From positions 420,001-452,000 of the forward strand of contig NZ_CP013011.1 of assembly GCF_001412615.1 (NCBI RefSeq): a stretch of DNA of 32,000 nucleotides. The letters run 5' to 3'. Position 1 is the stretch's first letter. Each line of letters opens with the position of its first letter. A model generated the notes under the pieces. It was given only the letters and a program-made list of their open reading frames with translations. It had not been told where the DNA came from and made no database searches. Shown piece after piece: positions 16,080 to 26,754 of this stretch. The position numbers and the translations under genes were made by a program. Source of the DNA: Pyrodictium delaneyi (GTDB lineage: Archaea > Thermoproteota > Thermoprotei_A > Sulfolobales > Pyrodictiaceae).

Positions 16080-16943
16080 TTAGTCGTCCTTTGTTAGAAC
16101 GGTAATTATATTGCTTACGATACGCTTATGGTCTTCCTCGTCTCTAGCTATTGCTTCGAGAAGCGGCTCATATATGCTCCTATGCGGTTCCTGAAGAACT
16201 CTAGACAGCAACGGTGAGACAAGCGCCATGAAATATTCGGCATCTATATCATTCTCCATAGATGCTAGAAGTCTAAGCTTATCAACGAGCATGCCCTTAT
16301 TTGCTTCCTGCTTAGACGATAGAAGCTTAATTATCTCTTTAAGTCTGTTTATGAACAATACTGAAGAGGAGCGGCTGCAGATAAACGAACCTCCATTACC
16401 ATACAATAATTGATAAATTTTTTTATATATATGTGCATGTGCGCTACTCTCAATTGATATGTAGCGAAAAGCAGATGAAATAGGCTCTTCAAAGTGCTCC
16501 GCAAGCTTAACATAAACCTCTGCTGCAAGCTTCTCTATCTCAATTGCACATGACAATATCTCCTTGAACATTTTCTTTTCGAAACCGACATCGCCAGCAG
16601 CTTTAACAGACTGCGGACTTAAGCCTACTATATGAAGAGCTTCCTTATCATTACCTTCTTTTATTAATTCAAGTACCCGGCTTACTGTATCACCTGCAAT
16701 ATTCTCACCGCTCGCATAAACTAACGGGACAGCTACCAGAAGCCTCGCAGCTATATCAATTTGTCTATTATATAATTTACGAACCACCTTGTAAGCAGCC
16801 GATGGCGAGCGAAGCAGGAGAGTGCTATAGGGGATTCCATAAAGTCTCTGAGAAACAGAGTTAAGTACCAGCAGAAATCCTGGTGCACGACTACTAAAAT
16901 ATTCTTCAATGCTTCTTTCTTTTTTCTCATACAAGGTCAGCAC
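16080..16943 (-). CDS. Orphan protein: unknown N-terminal domain plus a C-terminal ferritin-like/rubrerythrin-like four-helix bundle
   Basis: 287-aa ORF in the AT-rich islet with a GTG start. Residues ~124-280 show paired helices: AIEIEKLAAEVYVKLAE / ISIESSAHAHIY, and ASMENDIDAEYF / IARDEEDHKRIV (ExxH). Confidence 0.6.
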   Translation of the reverse strand: MLTLYEKKERSIEEYFSSRAPGFLLVLNSVSQRLYGIPYSTLLLRSPSAAYKVVRKLYNRQIDIAARLLVAVPLVYASGENIAGDTVSRVLELIKEGNDKEALHIVGLSPQSVKAAGDVGFEKKMFKEILSCAIEIEKLAAEVYVKLAEHFEEPISSAFRYISIESSAHAHIYKKIYQLLYGNGGSFICSRSSSVLFINRLKEIIKLLSSKQEANKGMLVDKLRLLASMENDIDAEYFMALVSPLLSRVLQEPHRSIYEPLLEAIARDEEDHKRIVSNIITVLTKDD

Positions 16944-17017
16944 ATCACCGCTACTCGCTCTACTTACGACGCTAGATTATACACTGGCGTATGGTCATAC
17001 ATAACTCTTTCTAGTAG

Positions 17018-17026
17018 TTTATATAA
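17018..17026 (-). promoter_or_regulatory. Candidate TATA box for the 16080-16943 gene
   Basis: The minus strand reads TTATATAAA about 78 nt upstream of the GTG at 16943. A weaker TATAAT-like element lies at about 16974-16983. Confidence 0.25.
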
Positions 17027-17060
17027 TAACCAACAATCTTAATAACTATTAGCTTTATAC

Positions 17061-17070
17061 TATTTAAATA
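17061..17070 (+). promoter_or_regulatory. Candidate TATA box (perfect palindrome TATTTAAATA) for the 17094-17807 gene
   Basis: Its centre is about 28 nt upstream of the ATG at 17094. This fits a leaderless crenarchaeal transcript. Confidence 0.4.
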
Positions 17071-17093
17071 ATCGAAATATATTAGAAATATGA

Positions 17094-17807
17094 ATGTTTA
17101 ACGAATGTTGCGGGATTTATGAGACACTGCCATCGCTAACAAAGAGTTTAATAGACAAAGACTCTGAGTTTCATGCCTCATCAGAGGTTGAGACTGTGAC
17201 ACACGGTAATCCAATAAATAAGAGTAAAATAACAGACAATGTTATAAAACAAGTTAATAGAATTGATACAAATTGGCGGCAAATAGACCGCATAATTACA
17301 ACAATGAACACAATAGTATTAGGCTATCAAGTGGTTATAGGGAAAATATTCGGGAAAAATTTCAGTGGAATGACACAAATGCTTTTACGTGAAGTGGGAA
17401 GCTTACTTTCAAAACTAGTAGATAGTTACGTTAATGGCTCGGATTATATAAAAAATGATTTAGCAGAAGCAATAAAAAGGAGTCTTCTCGAAACAGGTAT
17501 TGCAAAGAAAGTCTACGTACATGAATTACCAGCAGATACGCGCTCTCAGAGGATTATACGAAAGTTCAAGATCAAGATAAAGGACAGCATATTTAGACCA
17601 GTATATAAGACACTGGCAACATATGGCTACAGGGAATTCCCCTTAAGTCCCGAAGGTCTTCTTGTAACAGCTATTATACTTAGGCATCTACAAGAGAAGG
17701 GCAACACAGACACTAGACTGACCATGCATGCACTCATACCCCAAGATAGCGAGGAAGATCTGGAAATAATAGTAGAACAGGTCAAAACACACATTACTGG
17801 CAAGTAG
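17094..17807 (+). CDS. Orphan protein, family not recognised (weak V4R-like pattern at the C-terminus)
   Basis: 237-aa ORF with an ATG start and AT-rich codon usage like its divergent neighbour. It has no TM segment and no catalytic motif that I recognise. Confidence 0.55.
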   Translation: MFNECCGIYETLPSLTKSLIDKDSEFHASSEVETVTHGNPINKSKITDNVIKQVNRIDTNWRQIDRIITTMNTIVLGYQVVIGKIFGKNFSGMTQMLLREVGSLLSKLVDSYVNGSDYIKNDLAEAIKRSLLETGIAKKVYVHELPADTRSQRIIRKFKIKIKDSIFRPVYKTLATYGYREFPLSPEGLLVTAIILRHLQEKGNTDTRLTMHALIPQDSEEDLEIIVEQVKTHITGK

Positions 17808-17945
17808 TTCTCAAGGCTTTCTAATCGTAGTGCTCTATTATCATAGCTTCTATATTTCCATACTCTTCCTAATAACAATGTTTTGAATATTTTATAAATT
17901 GTAATAAATTGTATTCATAAGAGAGTTACCGTAATTGCTGGGTCG

Positions 17946-18033
17946 TGGCGCCGGGGGCGGGATTTGAACCCGCGCGCCCCCGCGGGGCACCGGCTCTCAA
18001 GGCCGGCCCCTTAGACCGCTCGGGCACCCCGGC
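17946..18033 (-). tRNA. tRNA-Ser (anticodon UGA), type II with a long variable arm and genomically encoded CCA
   Basis: The reverse complement folds as acceptor GCCGGGG/CCCCGGC, D-arm CCC-GAGCGGTCTAA-GGG, anticodon stem CCGGC/GCCGG with loop CTTGAGA, variable arm TGCCCCGCGGGGGCGC, T-arm GCGGG-TTCAAAT-CCCGC, discriminator G, then CCA. Confidence 0.9.
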
Positions 18034-18179
18034 GCCCAGTGGAAGGGAGCCTCGCCCCAGGTAGTCTTGCCTAGGATCTTGTAAGAGGGTATTATTGCTT
18101 ATAGCCGTATTGAGTACATAGTGTTTTAAAGAAAGTCTAGCTGTTTATAGATATGAAGTATAGAACTAGTCTGCCAGGG

Positions 18180-18488
18180 TTAGCGTAGCCGTATCTCGAT
18201 GTATACATCCTCGGGCACGCGGACTCTCATTATCTGCCTCATGACGCGCTCGTCTGCATCGAGTATAACTAGGCGCTTGTGGATACGTAGTTCCCACTTG
18301 TCCCACTTCTTGGAGCCCTCGCCGTGTGGAAGCTTTAGCGTAGGCACTATCAACCTTTTAGTTGGTAGTGGTATCGGACCGCGAATGCGTACGCCAGCCT
18401 TCTGAGCTATCTTGCGTATCTGGTCCACTACCGCGTTTAGGTTCTGGACATTCGTGCTCCAGAGCCTTATCTCTGCACGCTGCACCAT
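18180..18488 (-). CDS. rps10: 30S ribosomal protein S10 (uS10)
   Basis: 102 aa, [18 protein letters not shown]...[10 protein letters not shown], in the typical position after EF-1alpha. Confidence 0.95.
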   Translation of the reverse strand: MVQRAEIRLWSTNVQNLNAVVDQIRKIAQKAGVRIRGPIPLPTKRLIVPTLKLPHGEGSKKWDKWELRIHKRLVILDADERVMRQIMRVRVPEDVYIEIRLR

Positions 18489-18526
18489 AGCTTAGTGCCC
18501 CTAGAGCTAGGGCGTAGCTACTCCGG

Positions 18527-18532
18527 TTTAAA
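18527..18532 (-). promoter_or_regulatory. Candidate TATA element (TTTAAA) for rps10
   Basis: It lies about 42 nt upstream of the S10 ATG at 18488, inside a 285-nt spacer. Confidence 0.3.
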
Positions 18533-18748
18533 GGCTTACATCTCTCTGGGTTGCAAATGACTAGTAGATGCCAGAGAAGCATCTATTGGCTGTTCTTAGC
18601 AAGCTTTTAAGAAGGTTATATCGTGAGTGTGCAGAGTGCAGTATAAGGCTAAGTCGGGCATAGGGTAATGTGACAAAACATGTAGAACGTGAAGCGCCGC
18701 GGTAGAGAGTAAAAGACTGTTAGTGAGCGAGATTCCTCCGTGGGTCTT

Positions 18749-18753
18749 AAAAA
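18749..18753 (-). terminator. T5 tract downstream of the EF-1alpha stop
   Basis: The minus strand reads CATTTTTAAG 21-25 nt after the TAA at 18774-18776. T4 tracts follow. Oligo-T is the usual archaeal termination signal. Confidence 0.3.
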
Positions 18754-18773
18754 TGAGACGCTGTTGCGCGGCG

Positions 18774-20093
18774 TTACTTCTTCTTAATCTCTACCTTGGC
18801 AGGCTTGACCTCCATTACTACGCCAATGCCTACAGTCTTACCCATGTCTCTCATAGCGAAGCGGCCTAGCTGTGGGAACTCACTGTACTTCTCAATGACC
18901 ATTGGCTTTATAGGCTTGAACTTTACTATGGCAGCGTCGCCCATCTTTAGGAACTGTGGGTTCTTCTCGACTACCTGGCCGGTCCTCGGGTCTAGCTTAG
19001 CCTGTATCTCGGTTATCCTAGCAGCTACGCTAGCTGTGTGGGCGTGTATTACTGGGCTGTAACCTACGGTGACAGCGCTGGGATGCCATATGATGAAGAT
19101 CCTTGCTGTGAACTCCTCAGCTACTGTTGGCGGGTTGTCTGGGTGGCCTGCCACATCACCACGCTTGATGTCCCTCTTGGAGATGCCACGGACGTTGAAG
19201 CCTATGTTGTCGCCAGGCTCTGCCTGCTGTATCGGCTGGTGGTGCATCTCGATGCTACGGACCTCGCCGACCACGCCCGGAGGCATGAAGACTACCTTGT
19301 CGCCTACCTTGAGTACACCGGTCTCTACACGGCCTACTGGTACTGTACCTACACCGGGTATTGTATAGACGTTCTGTATGGGTATCCTTAGCGGCTTGTC
19401 TACTGGCTTCTTAGGCGGCTGTATGTAGTTGTCTAGAGCCTCTACTAGGGTTGGGCCGTTGTACCAAGGCATGTTGGGGCTGCGCTCGATGAGGTTCTCG
19501 CCAGTCCAGGCGGATACTGGTATAAATGGTATCTGATCAACCTTGTAGCCGAGACCCTTCATGAACTTCTTGAGTATAGCTACTATCTGCTCATACCTCT
19601 GCTGGCTGTAGTTCACGTCAGGAGCGTCCATCTTGTTGACAGCAACTATGAGCTGGTCGATACCCATTGTCTTTGCTAGGATGAGGTGCTCACGGGTCTG
19701 ACCCTCAGCGCTCATACCGGCCTCAAATTCACCCTTCCTTGCAGATACTACTAGGATGGCTGCGTCTGCCTGGCTAGCACCAGTAATCATGTTCTTGATG
19801 AAGTCTCTGTGACCGGGGGCGTCGATGATGGTGAAGTAGTACTTCTTGGTCTCGAACTTTACGAAGCTCAGGTCAATCGTTACACCGCGCTCGCGCTCCT
19901 CCTTTAGCCTGTCCATTAGCCAGGCGAACTTGAACGACTCCTTACCCTTCTTCTTTGCCTCCTCCTCTAGTGTCCTTAGCGTCTTCTCGTCGACGAAGCC
20001 TAGACGGAATAGCAGGTGGCCTACTAGCGTGCTCTTACCGTGGTCTACGTGGCCAATTACCACTAGGTTTATGTGAGGCTTCTGCTGGCTCAT
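18774..20093 (-). CDS. tuf: Translation elongation factor EF-1alpha (aEF1A)
   Basis: [17 protein letters not shown] and NKMD GTPase motifs; 439 aa. Confidence 0.97.
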   Translation of the reverse strand: MSQQKPHINLVVIGHVDHGKSTLVGHLLFRLGFVDEKTLRTLEEEAKKKGKESFKFAWLMDRLKEERERGVTIDLSFVKFETKKYYFTIIDAPGHRDFIKNMITGASQADAAILVVSARKGEFEAGMSAEGQTREHLILAKTMGIDQLIVAVNKMDAPDVNYSQQRYEQIVAILKKFMKGLGYKVDQIPFIPVSAWTGENLIERSPNMPWYNGPTLVEALDNYIQPPKKPVDKPLRIPIQNVYTIPGVGTVPVGRVETGVLKVGDKVVFMPPGVVGEVRSIEMHHQPIQQAEPGDNIGFNVRGISKRDIKRGDVAGHPDNPPTVAEEFTARIFIIWHPSAVTVGYSPVIHAHTASVAARITEIQAKLDPRTGQVVEKNPQFLKMGDAAIVKFKPIKPMVIEKYSEFPQLGRFAMRDMGKTVGIGVVMEVKPAKVEIKKK

Positions 20094-20194
20094 GAGTCTT
20101 CCCCCAGTACCTTTCCTCTTTGCCGGAGAGGCAGCTTTGGGAAACGCGTCTTATAAAGGTTTAGTGAATGGTATTTACACAGTATTATTACACG

Positions 20195-20803
20195 CTACCT
20201 GGAGCTTAGCGCTATCCTCTCGATTTCCTCCTTCTTACGTACGGCAAAGCTCTTCGGATCGCCCTCAGCAGCAGCGATTAGCTCATCTGCTAGACACTCT
20301 TCGATAGGCTTGGGATTGTTGAAGGCACACATCCGTGCACCCTCCGTTAAGTGCTTCAAAGCTACATCTACACGGTGCTGCGGCGCTACGTCGACAGCAA
20401 CGAAGTAGGTTATACCACCGTACATTATCCTCGTTACGTCCTCACGGGGTGCCGAGTTCTCTATAGCGCGTACAAGTATCTGGAGTGGGTTCTCTCCTGT
20501 CCGTAGGTGTATTATCTCAAAGGCCTGCTTCACTATGTTATATGCGAGATGCTTCTTGCCCATGTTGCGGCCGGGACGCATTAGCTTGTTTATCAGCCTC
20601 TCTACTATCGGAACCTCGGATTTACCAAAGCGGCGGTGCTCGTGCCTACCACCAGTGTGTGGCAGCCAAACTGGCTTGAGGCTTATATAGCGTTTGAGTC
20701 CGGGGTCCCTTATCTCTACTCCCTCAAAGCTCCATTTACCAAACAGCTTGATGTTAGCTGGATCCATGCCCACTGTGCGGGTCTCCTGCTCTACGGCAGC
20801 CAT
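20195..20803 (-). CDS. rps7: 30S ribosomal protein S7 (uS7)
   Basis: 202 aa, [21 protein letters not shown]...[14 protein letters not shown]...[12 protein letters not shown]. Confidence 0.95.
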   Translation of the reverse strand: MAAVEQETRTVGMDPANIKLFGKWSFEGVEIRDPGLKRYISLKPVWLPHTGGRHEHRRFGKSEVPIVERLINKLMRPGRNMGKKHLAYNIVKQAFEIIHLRTGENPLQILVRAIENSAPREDVTRIMYGGITYFVAVDVAPQHRVDVALKHLTEGARMCAFNNPKPIEECLADELIAAAEGDPKSFAVRKKEEIERIALSSR

Positions 20804-21001
20804 ACCCCGTGTCCCCGGTACACAGGCGCACCCGCTACCCGGATAAATTTAGGCTTGCAGTTTCCGTAGTTGTAATAGGAGTAAGGCCCTTAGTGGGACA
20901 AGGATAAGCTCAATGAGGAAAGCGTTACTGGGAGGGTCTGAAACACTATGCCGCCTCCACGTTCCGGCGACGTACTCCTTGAGGCACGAAGCATAACAGC
21001 C

Positions 21002-21445
21002 ATGATAACCCCCAGTCCACCCCACATACCAGTCATAATTCTCGAGCTAGAGGACGGTCGGGAGTTCACGCTCTACAACGTACCCTTCGAGATAGTCCAG
21101 GCCCTCAATAGGCTCGAAGAGAACGAGGAAATATCAGCATTCGGGCAGCGCGAGACGCTCTTCGACGTATTGGCAGACCTTCACTCCTTCATAGAGGAGT
21201 TGGGCAAACACCTCGAACACGTAGTTATAGACGAGATAGATTACACTACGTTCCTCTACACAGCAAAAGTGAGTTTCAACCTTAACGGATTATACATGAT
21301 AAGGAGAATGGTGCCAAGCCACGCGATATTTCTGGCACGACTCTTCAAGAAACCAATATATGTGTCCAAGAGGCTTGTAGACGAACAAGAGGAGTATGAG
21401 AGGCGTTCGCACGAAGAGGAGGAAGAGGAAGACCTACAACCTTAG
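21002..21445 (+). CDS. Divergent bifunctional-nuclease (BFN/DUF151)-like protein with an acidic tail
   Basis: The pattern matches the DUF151 layout: IPVIILELEDGREF..NVPFEIVQAL..RETLFDVLADL..VVIDEIDYTTFLYTAKV..RRMVPSHAIFLARLFKKPIYVSKRLV. It ends HEEEEEEDLQP. An alternative ATG lies at 20948. Confidence 0.65.
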   Translation: MITPSPPHIPVIILELEDGREFTLYNVPFEIVQALNRLEENEEISAFGQRETLFDVLADLHSFIEELGKHLEHVVIDEIDYTTFLYTAKVSFNLNGLYMIRRMVPSHAIFLARLFKKPIYVSKRLVDEQEEYERRSHEEEEEEDLQP

Positions 21446-21470
21446 GACCGAACCAGATAGAAAGGCCAAA

Positions 21471-21484
21471 GTAATAATTATTAC
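21471..21484. repeat. 14-nt perfect palindrome GTAATAATTATTAC between convergent genes
   Basis: Read directly from the sequence. It lies between the BFN-like stop (21445) and the S12 stop (21531). Confidence 0.8.
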
Positions 21485-21530
21485 AATAGGATTACGAGGG
21501 GGCGGGCTCGTTGTACTCATAAAGAGTTGG

Positions 21531-21974
21531 TTAGCGCTGTGGCTTCTGCTTACGGCCCTCTAGTATAGCCTTCAGCGATACACCATTGACTGTTACTACA
21601 CGATAACGTACGCCCGGAATGTCACCCATTGAGCGACCGCGGGGACCACCTATACCCTCTATGAGTACCTCATCGTGCTCGTCTACTACTAGGAGGCCAC
21701 CGTCACCAGGCACGAATGCAGTTACTACACGGCCATTCTTGATTAGCTGAACGCGTACACACTTACGTACAGCAGAGTTCGGCTGACGAGCCTCTACGCC
21801 AACTTTCTCTAGCACTATGCCACGGGCCATAGGGGCTCCTTCTAGAGGATCGTACTTCTTCTTGAGGCCCAGCATGCGTATCTTGAACTCGCGCTCACTC
21901 CAGCGGAACTTGAGCCTCTTACGGCGCAGCTTACGTGCCGCGAACAGCCCGTTAGGCGACTTCTTGCCGGTCAC
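21531..21974 (-). CDS. rps12: 30S ribosomal protein S12 (uS12)
   Basis: [15 protein letters not shown]...[19 protein letters not shown] chose the GTG at 21974 because of an SD-like GGAGGGTG upstream. The ORF track begins at the GTG at 21986. Confidence 0.93.
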   Translation of the reverse strand: MTGKKSPNGLFAARKLRRKRLKFRWSEREFKIRMLGLKKKYDPLEGAPMARGIVLEKVGVEARQPNSAVRKCVRVQLIKNGRVVTAFVPGDGGLLVVDEHDEVLIEGIGGPRGRSMGDIPGVRYRVVTVNGVSLKAILEGRKQKPQR

Positions 21975-22036
21975 GACCCGATACACCCTCCTCTAAGCTG
22001 CTCCCCATCTACTAGGGGCGATGAAACTGGAGGGGG

Positions 22037-22468
22037 TTATCTTATTTTTATCTCGTCTATATCGTAGTACCGCTTTAGGACGATACGGGCTACTGATACC
22101 TTGCGTCCACCCTTGCCGATAGCCCGACCCTTGTCGCTTGGGTCTACTGTCACGTAGAGTATTTTCCTGCCATTGCGCTGGGCGACACGGACGCTGAGAA
22201 TCCTTGCCGGGGCAAAGAGGTTCTTTACCAGGCTCTCGAGATCATCAGCAAACTCTACTACCTCGATCTCCTTGCCTAGTAGCCTGCGCAGCCTGTTTAT
22301 ATTGGCGCCCCGCCTACCTATCGCCTTGCCCGCGTCACCAGGGCGTACTAGGAATATCACGCGGTTGTTCTCGCTGTCTACTATACAGTCACGGGCTATA
22401 GCTCCTGTAAGATCCTGGAGGAGAGCCATGTAGCGCATCTCTTCAGCTGTTAGCCTTATGTTGACCAA
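22037..22468 (-). CDS. nusA: Archaeal NusA-like KH-domain protein
   Basis: 143 aa with two KH-type GxxG motifs (GKAIGRRGANI, GRAIGKGGRKV), in the conserved position between L30e and S12. The start is TTG. Confidence 0.9.
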   Translation of the reverse strand: MVNIRLTAEEMRYMALLQDLTGAIARDCIVDSENNRVIFLVRPGDAGKAIGRRGANINRLRRLLGKEIEVVEFADDLESLVKNLFAPARILSVRVAQRNGRKILYVTVDPSDKGRAIGKGGRKVSVARIVLKRYYDIDEIKIR

Positions 22469-22502
22469 GGCCCTCCACTACACCCCCATCATTCATTGCT
22501 TA

Positions 22503-22834
22503 CTAGGCTTTGCTCCTAGCAGCCTCTATTAGATCGAGGATGCGAGAGCTTCCCGGATCGAGAATAGCTAGGCTGGCTACTGTAAAGGGTTTACCGCAGA
22601 CGGCTCCCAGCTCTACACTCGTACCGGGATAGACATATACCGGAATGCCGCTAAGTTCTGCATAGTATAGTATGTCACTACGCAGCTCTGGTGGAGCATT
22701 AGCTGCTACGATTACTGCCTTCGCCTTACCTGTTTTCACATAGCGTAGCGTCTTCCTCGAGCCGAGTATAACCTTGCCTGTCTTGAGCGCGTTAACTAGT
22801 TCCTTTTCGATATCTGTTACCTGGACCGCGCTCA

Positions 22835-22835
<1 letters not shown>
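22503..22835 (-). CDS. rpl30e: 50S ribosomal protein L30e (eL30)
   Basis: 110 aa, [32 protein letters not shown]. The GTG start overlaps the rpoA'' stop by 1 nt (TAGTG). Confidence 0.9.
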
Positions 22836-24106
<1,271 letters not shown>

Positions 24107-26752
24107 TTACACCCTCCAACCTATTACGCGTTCTATCTCGCGGTCTATGTCTACGGCTTTGCCGTGAGCGCTCTTCATTGGATCGACGCCGTCTTCGCCG
24201 TATACGAACTGTAGTATCTCGCCTTGTGGCGTCCTCACGGTACCGTCGTATTCGACACGCAGGTCTTGTAGTGCGTTTATCAGCCTTCTCTGCATGTAAC
24301 CGCTCTGTGATGTGCGCACAGCAGTGTCCACCAGACCCTCGCGGCCACCTGCCGCGTGGAAGAACACCTCTAGCGGCGTTAGGCCGTCATAGAAGCTCGA
24401 GTAGACGAAGCCACGTGCTGCTGCACCGAGATCGCCGGGACGGAAGTGTGGTAGGAAGCGTCCACGGTAACCGCGGTGTATACGTTCGCCGCGTACCGAC
24501 TGCTGGCCCAGCAATGCTGCCATCTGTGTGATGTTCAGCTCGTTACCCCTTGCACCAGTACGGGCCATAATGTATACGTTGTTGAATGGGTCAAGGTAGT
24601 TTACTACCACGTCTTCAACCTTCTTACGGGCCTCTGAGAGTACGTCGAGTATTCGAAGCTCTAGGGACTCCTCCATGGTGCGGCCTGGTACTGGTTCCAG
24701 CTTGCCTTGCTTGTAGATCTCTATTAGCTCATACACCTTCTTCTCAGCCTCTTTGAGGATTTCACGTATCTTCTCTTTGGCCTCCTTGGGCAGTGCTACG
24801 TCGTCAACGGTCATAGTGAAGCCTCTCTTCTCGATGAATCTTATGAACATCTTGAACATGTTGTCGTATACAAAGCGTGCATAGTCGGTGCCATACTCTT
24901 TTATCAGCCAGTGCATCATGTTCCTAGGCTGCTCAGCACCTATAGCCTTCTTGTCAAACACACCAGTGAGTAGTTCGCCCTTCTTAATCGTTATGAACGA
25001 GTCATTCCAGCACCATTCGTCCTCGCAGAGGAATATACCAGCAGCTACACGTGCCTTGCCACGGAAGTTGAACTCCTTAGGGAGGAAGAGGCTTACTAGC
25101 TGTTTGCCGGTCCACCGCTTCTTAGGCGAGAGTATAGCCGGTTCTGGTATCTTGCCACGGTAGCCAGCAGCGGAGAGTAGGTCTATTACGTCCTCCTGGG
25201 TGAGTAGTGTAGCCTTGCTTGTGAGCAGATAAGCGCCGCTTACGTAGTCTTGCAGACCACCTATTATTGGACCACCATAGCGCGGGGAAAGTATATGGTA
25301 CTGTACTAGCATTAGCTCGCGTGCTTCCGCCTGCGCCTCCTCAGTGCGCGGCACATGGAGGTTCATCTCGTCGCCGTCGAAGTCAGCGTTATATGGTGGA
25401 CATACGAGTAGGTTGAGGCGGAACGTCTTACCCGGCAGCACCTTGACTATATGAGCCATTATGGACATACGGTGGAGACTTGGCTGCCGGTTGAACAGCA
25501 CTATGTCGCCATCACGTAGGTGCCTCTCGACGTACCAGCCTGGCTCGAGCATCTCAGCTATACGCTTGCGATCAGCGTAACGGAGGTCTATCTTACGCCC
25601 GTCCTTGGTTATGACGTAGTTTGCACCAGGCCAGCGCTCTGGACCGTTGAGAACGTATCGGCGCATCTCTTCGATGTTCCACGGGGTTACCGGAGTTCTC
25701 ACTGTGAGCGTCTTTGCTATGTCTATCGGCACGCCCACCTCGTTTATACTGATATTCGGGTCCGGTGATATGACCGTACGCGCCGAGTAGTCTACACGCT
25801 TACCGCTGAGGTTACCACGGAAGCGGCCCTCCTTGCCCTTGAGCCTCTGTGCTAGCCCCTTCAAAGGCCGGCCGCCACGATGCCTTGCAACAGGAATGCG
25901 CGGGAGTTCATTGTCTATGTAGGTAGCTACGTGATACTGGAGGAGTAGCCAGTGCTCGTCTATAAGCGCTTGAGGAGCGCCACTCTCGAGTAGCTCGCGA
26001 AGCCTCTCATTGGTACGGACTATGTCTGCCAGCTTGTGAGTTAGGTCGTCCTCAGCCCTTATACCCGTCTCAAGCACTATCGAAGGACGTACATGTATTG
26101 GTGGTACTGGCAGTACTGTTAGAACCATCCACTCGGGCCTAGCCTCCTCCGGGTCTAGGCCCAGGAGTCTCGCGTCATCGTTAGTTATCCTCTCTAGTCG
26201 CGACCTCACCTCTAGAGGGTTCATTTGTACACGGCCTTCAGGACGCTCCTCAAAGAAGTTGTATGGCTTTTCGAGTATAACCTTGTACTGGCGCTCGCCA
26301 CAGTGTGGACACTCGGTGACCTTTGCTGCTTTCTTCTTGACTACTGTCACAAGTAGCTTGGCTAGCAGGGGCCAGCGCTTTTCTAGCCTCTCTAGTAGAC
26401 GGATGTAGCGTTGTACTTCGTTCTCGGGTAGAAGTATGCGGCCACAACGTCTACAAGTTGCCCTTAGTGCATCGTGTATGTGCTTAGCAAAACCAACATG
26501 TATAACTGGACGGGCTAGCTCTATATGGCCAAAGTGCCCAGGACAATGCTTGGCATCGTTGCCACATGTGATACACACTTGGCCTGGCGCTATAGCGCCT
26601 AACCGTGGATCCATGAGGCCGCCTTGTATCGGACGGCCGTCCTCGTCATAGAGTTCACTGGTAACTATAGCTGTGACCGACATACGCCGTATCTCGTCGG
26701 GAGAGAGTATGCCAAACTTTATCTCTTTGATTATCTTCTCCTCGAGCACCAT
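24107..26752 (-). CDS. rpoA1: DNA-directed RNA polymerase subunit A' (Rpo1N)
   Basis: 881 aa with zinc motifs CxxC..CPGHFGH and the catalytic [10 protein letters not shown]. Confidence 0.97.
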   Translation of the reverse strand: MVLEEKIIKEIKFGILSPDEIRRMSVTAIVTSELYDEDGRPIQGGLMDPRLGAIAPGQVCITCGNDAKHCPGHFGHIELARPVIHVGFAKHIHDALRATCRRCGRILLPENEVQRYIRLLERLEKRWPLLAKLLVTVVKKKAAKVTECPHCGERQYKVILEKPYNFFEERPEGRVQMNPLEVRSRLERITNDDARLLGLDPEEARPEWMVLTVLPVPPIHVRPSIVLETGIRAEDDLTHKLADIVRTNERLRELLESGAPQALIDEHWLLLQYHVATYIDNELPRIPVARHRGGRPLKGLAQRLKGKEGRFRGNLSGKRVDYSARTVISPDPNISINEVGVPIDIAKTLTVRTPVTPWNIEEMRRYVLNGPERWPGANYVITKDGRKIDLRYADRKRIAEMLEPGWYVERHLRDGDIVLFNRQPSLHRMSIMAHIVKVLPGKTFRLNLLVCPPYNADFDGDEMNLHVPRTEEAQAEARELMLVQYHILSPRYGGPIIGGLQDYVSGAYLLTSKATLLTQEDVIDLLSAAGYRGKIPEPAILSPKKRWTGKQLVSLFLPKEFNFRGKARVAAGIFLCEDEWCWNDSFITIKKGELLTGVFDKKAIGAEQPRNMMHWLIKEYGTDYARFVYDNMFKMFIRFIEKRGFTMTVDDVALPKEAKEKIREILKEAEKKVYELIEIYKQGKLEPVPGRTMEESLELRILDVLSEARKKVEDVVVNYLDPFNNVYIMARTGARGNELNITQMAALLGQQSVRGERIHRGYRGRFLPHFRPGDLGAAARGFVYSSFYDGLTPLEVFFHAAGGREGLVDTAVRTSQSGYMQRRLINALQDLRVEYDGTVRTPQGEILQFVYGEDGVDPMKSAHGKAVDIDREIERVIGWRV

Positions 26753-26754
26753 TG

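Noticed and set aside
18358-18582. 74-aa minus-strand ORF spanning the S10 start region.
   Set aside because: It overlaps rps10 out of frame and extends into the spacer. It has no motif and no plausible start context.
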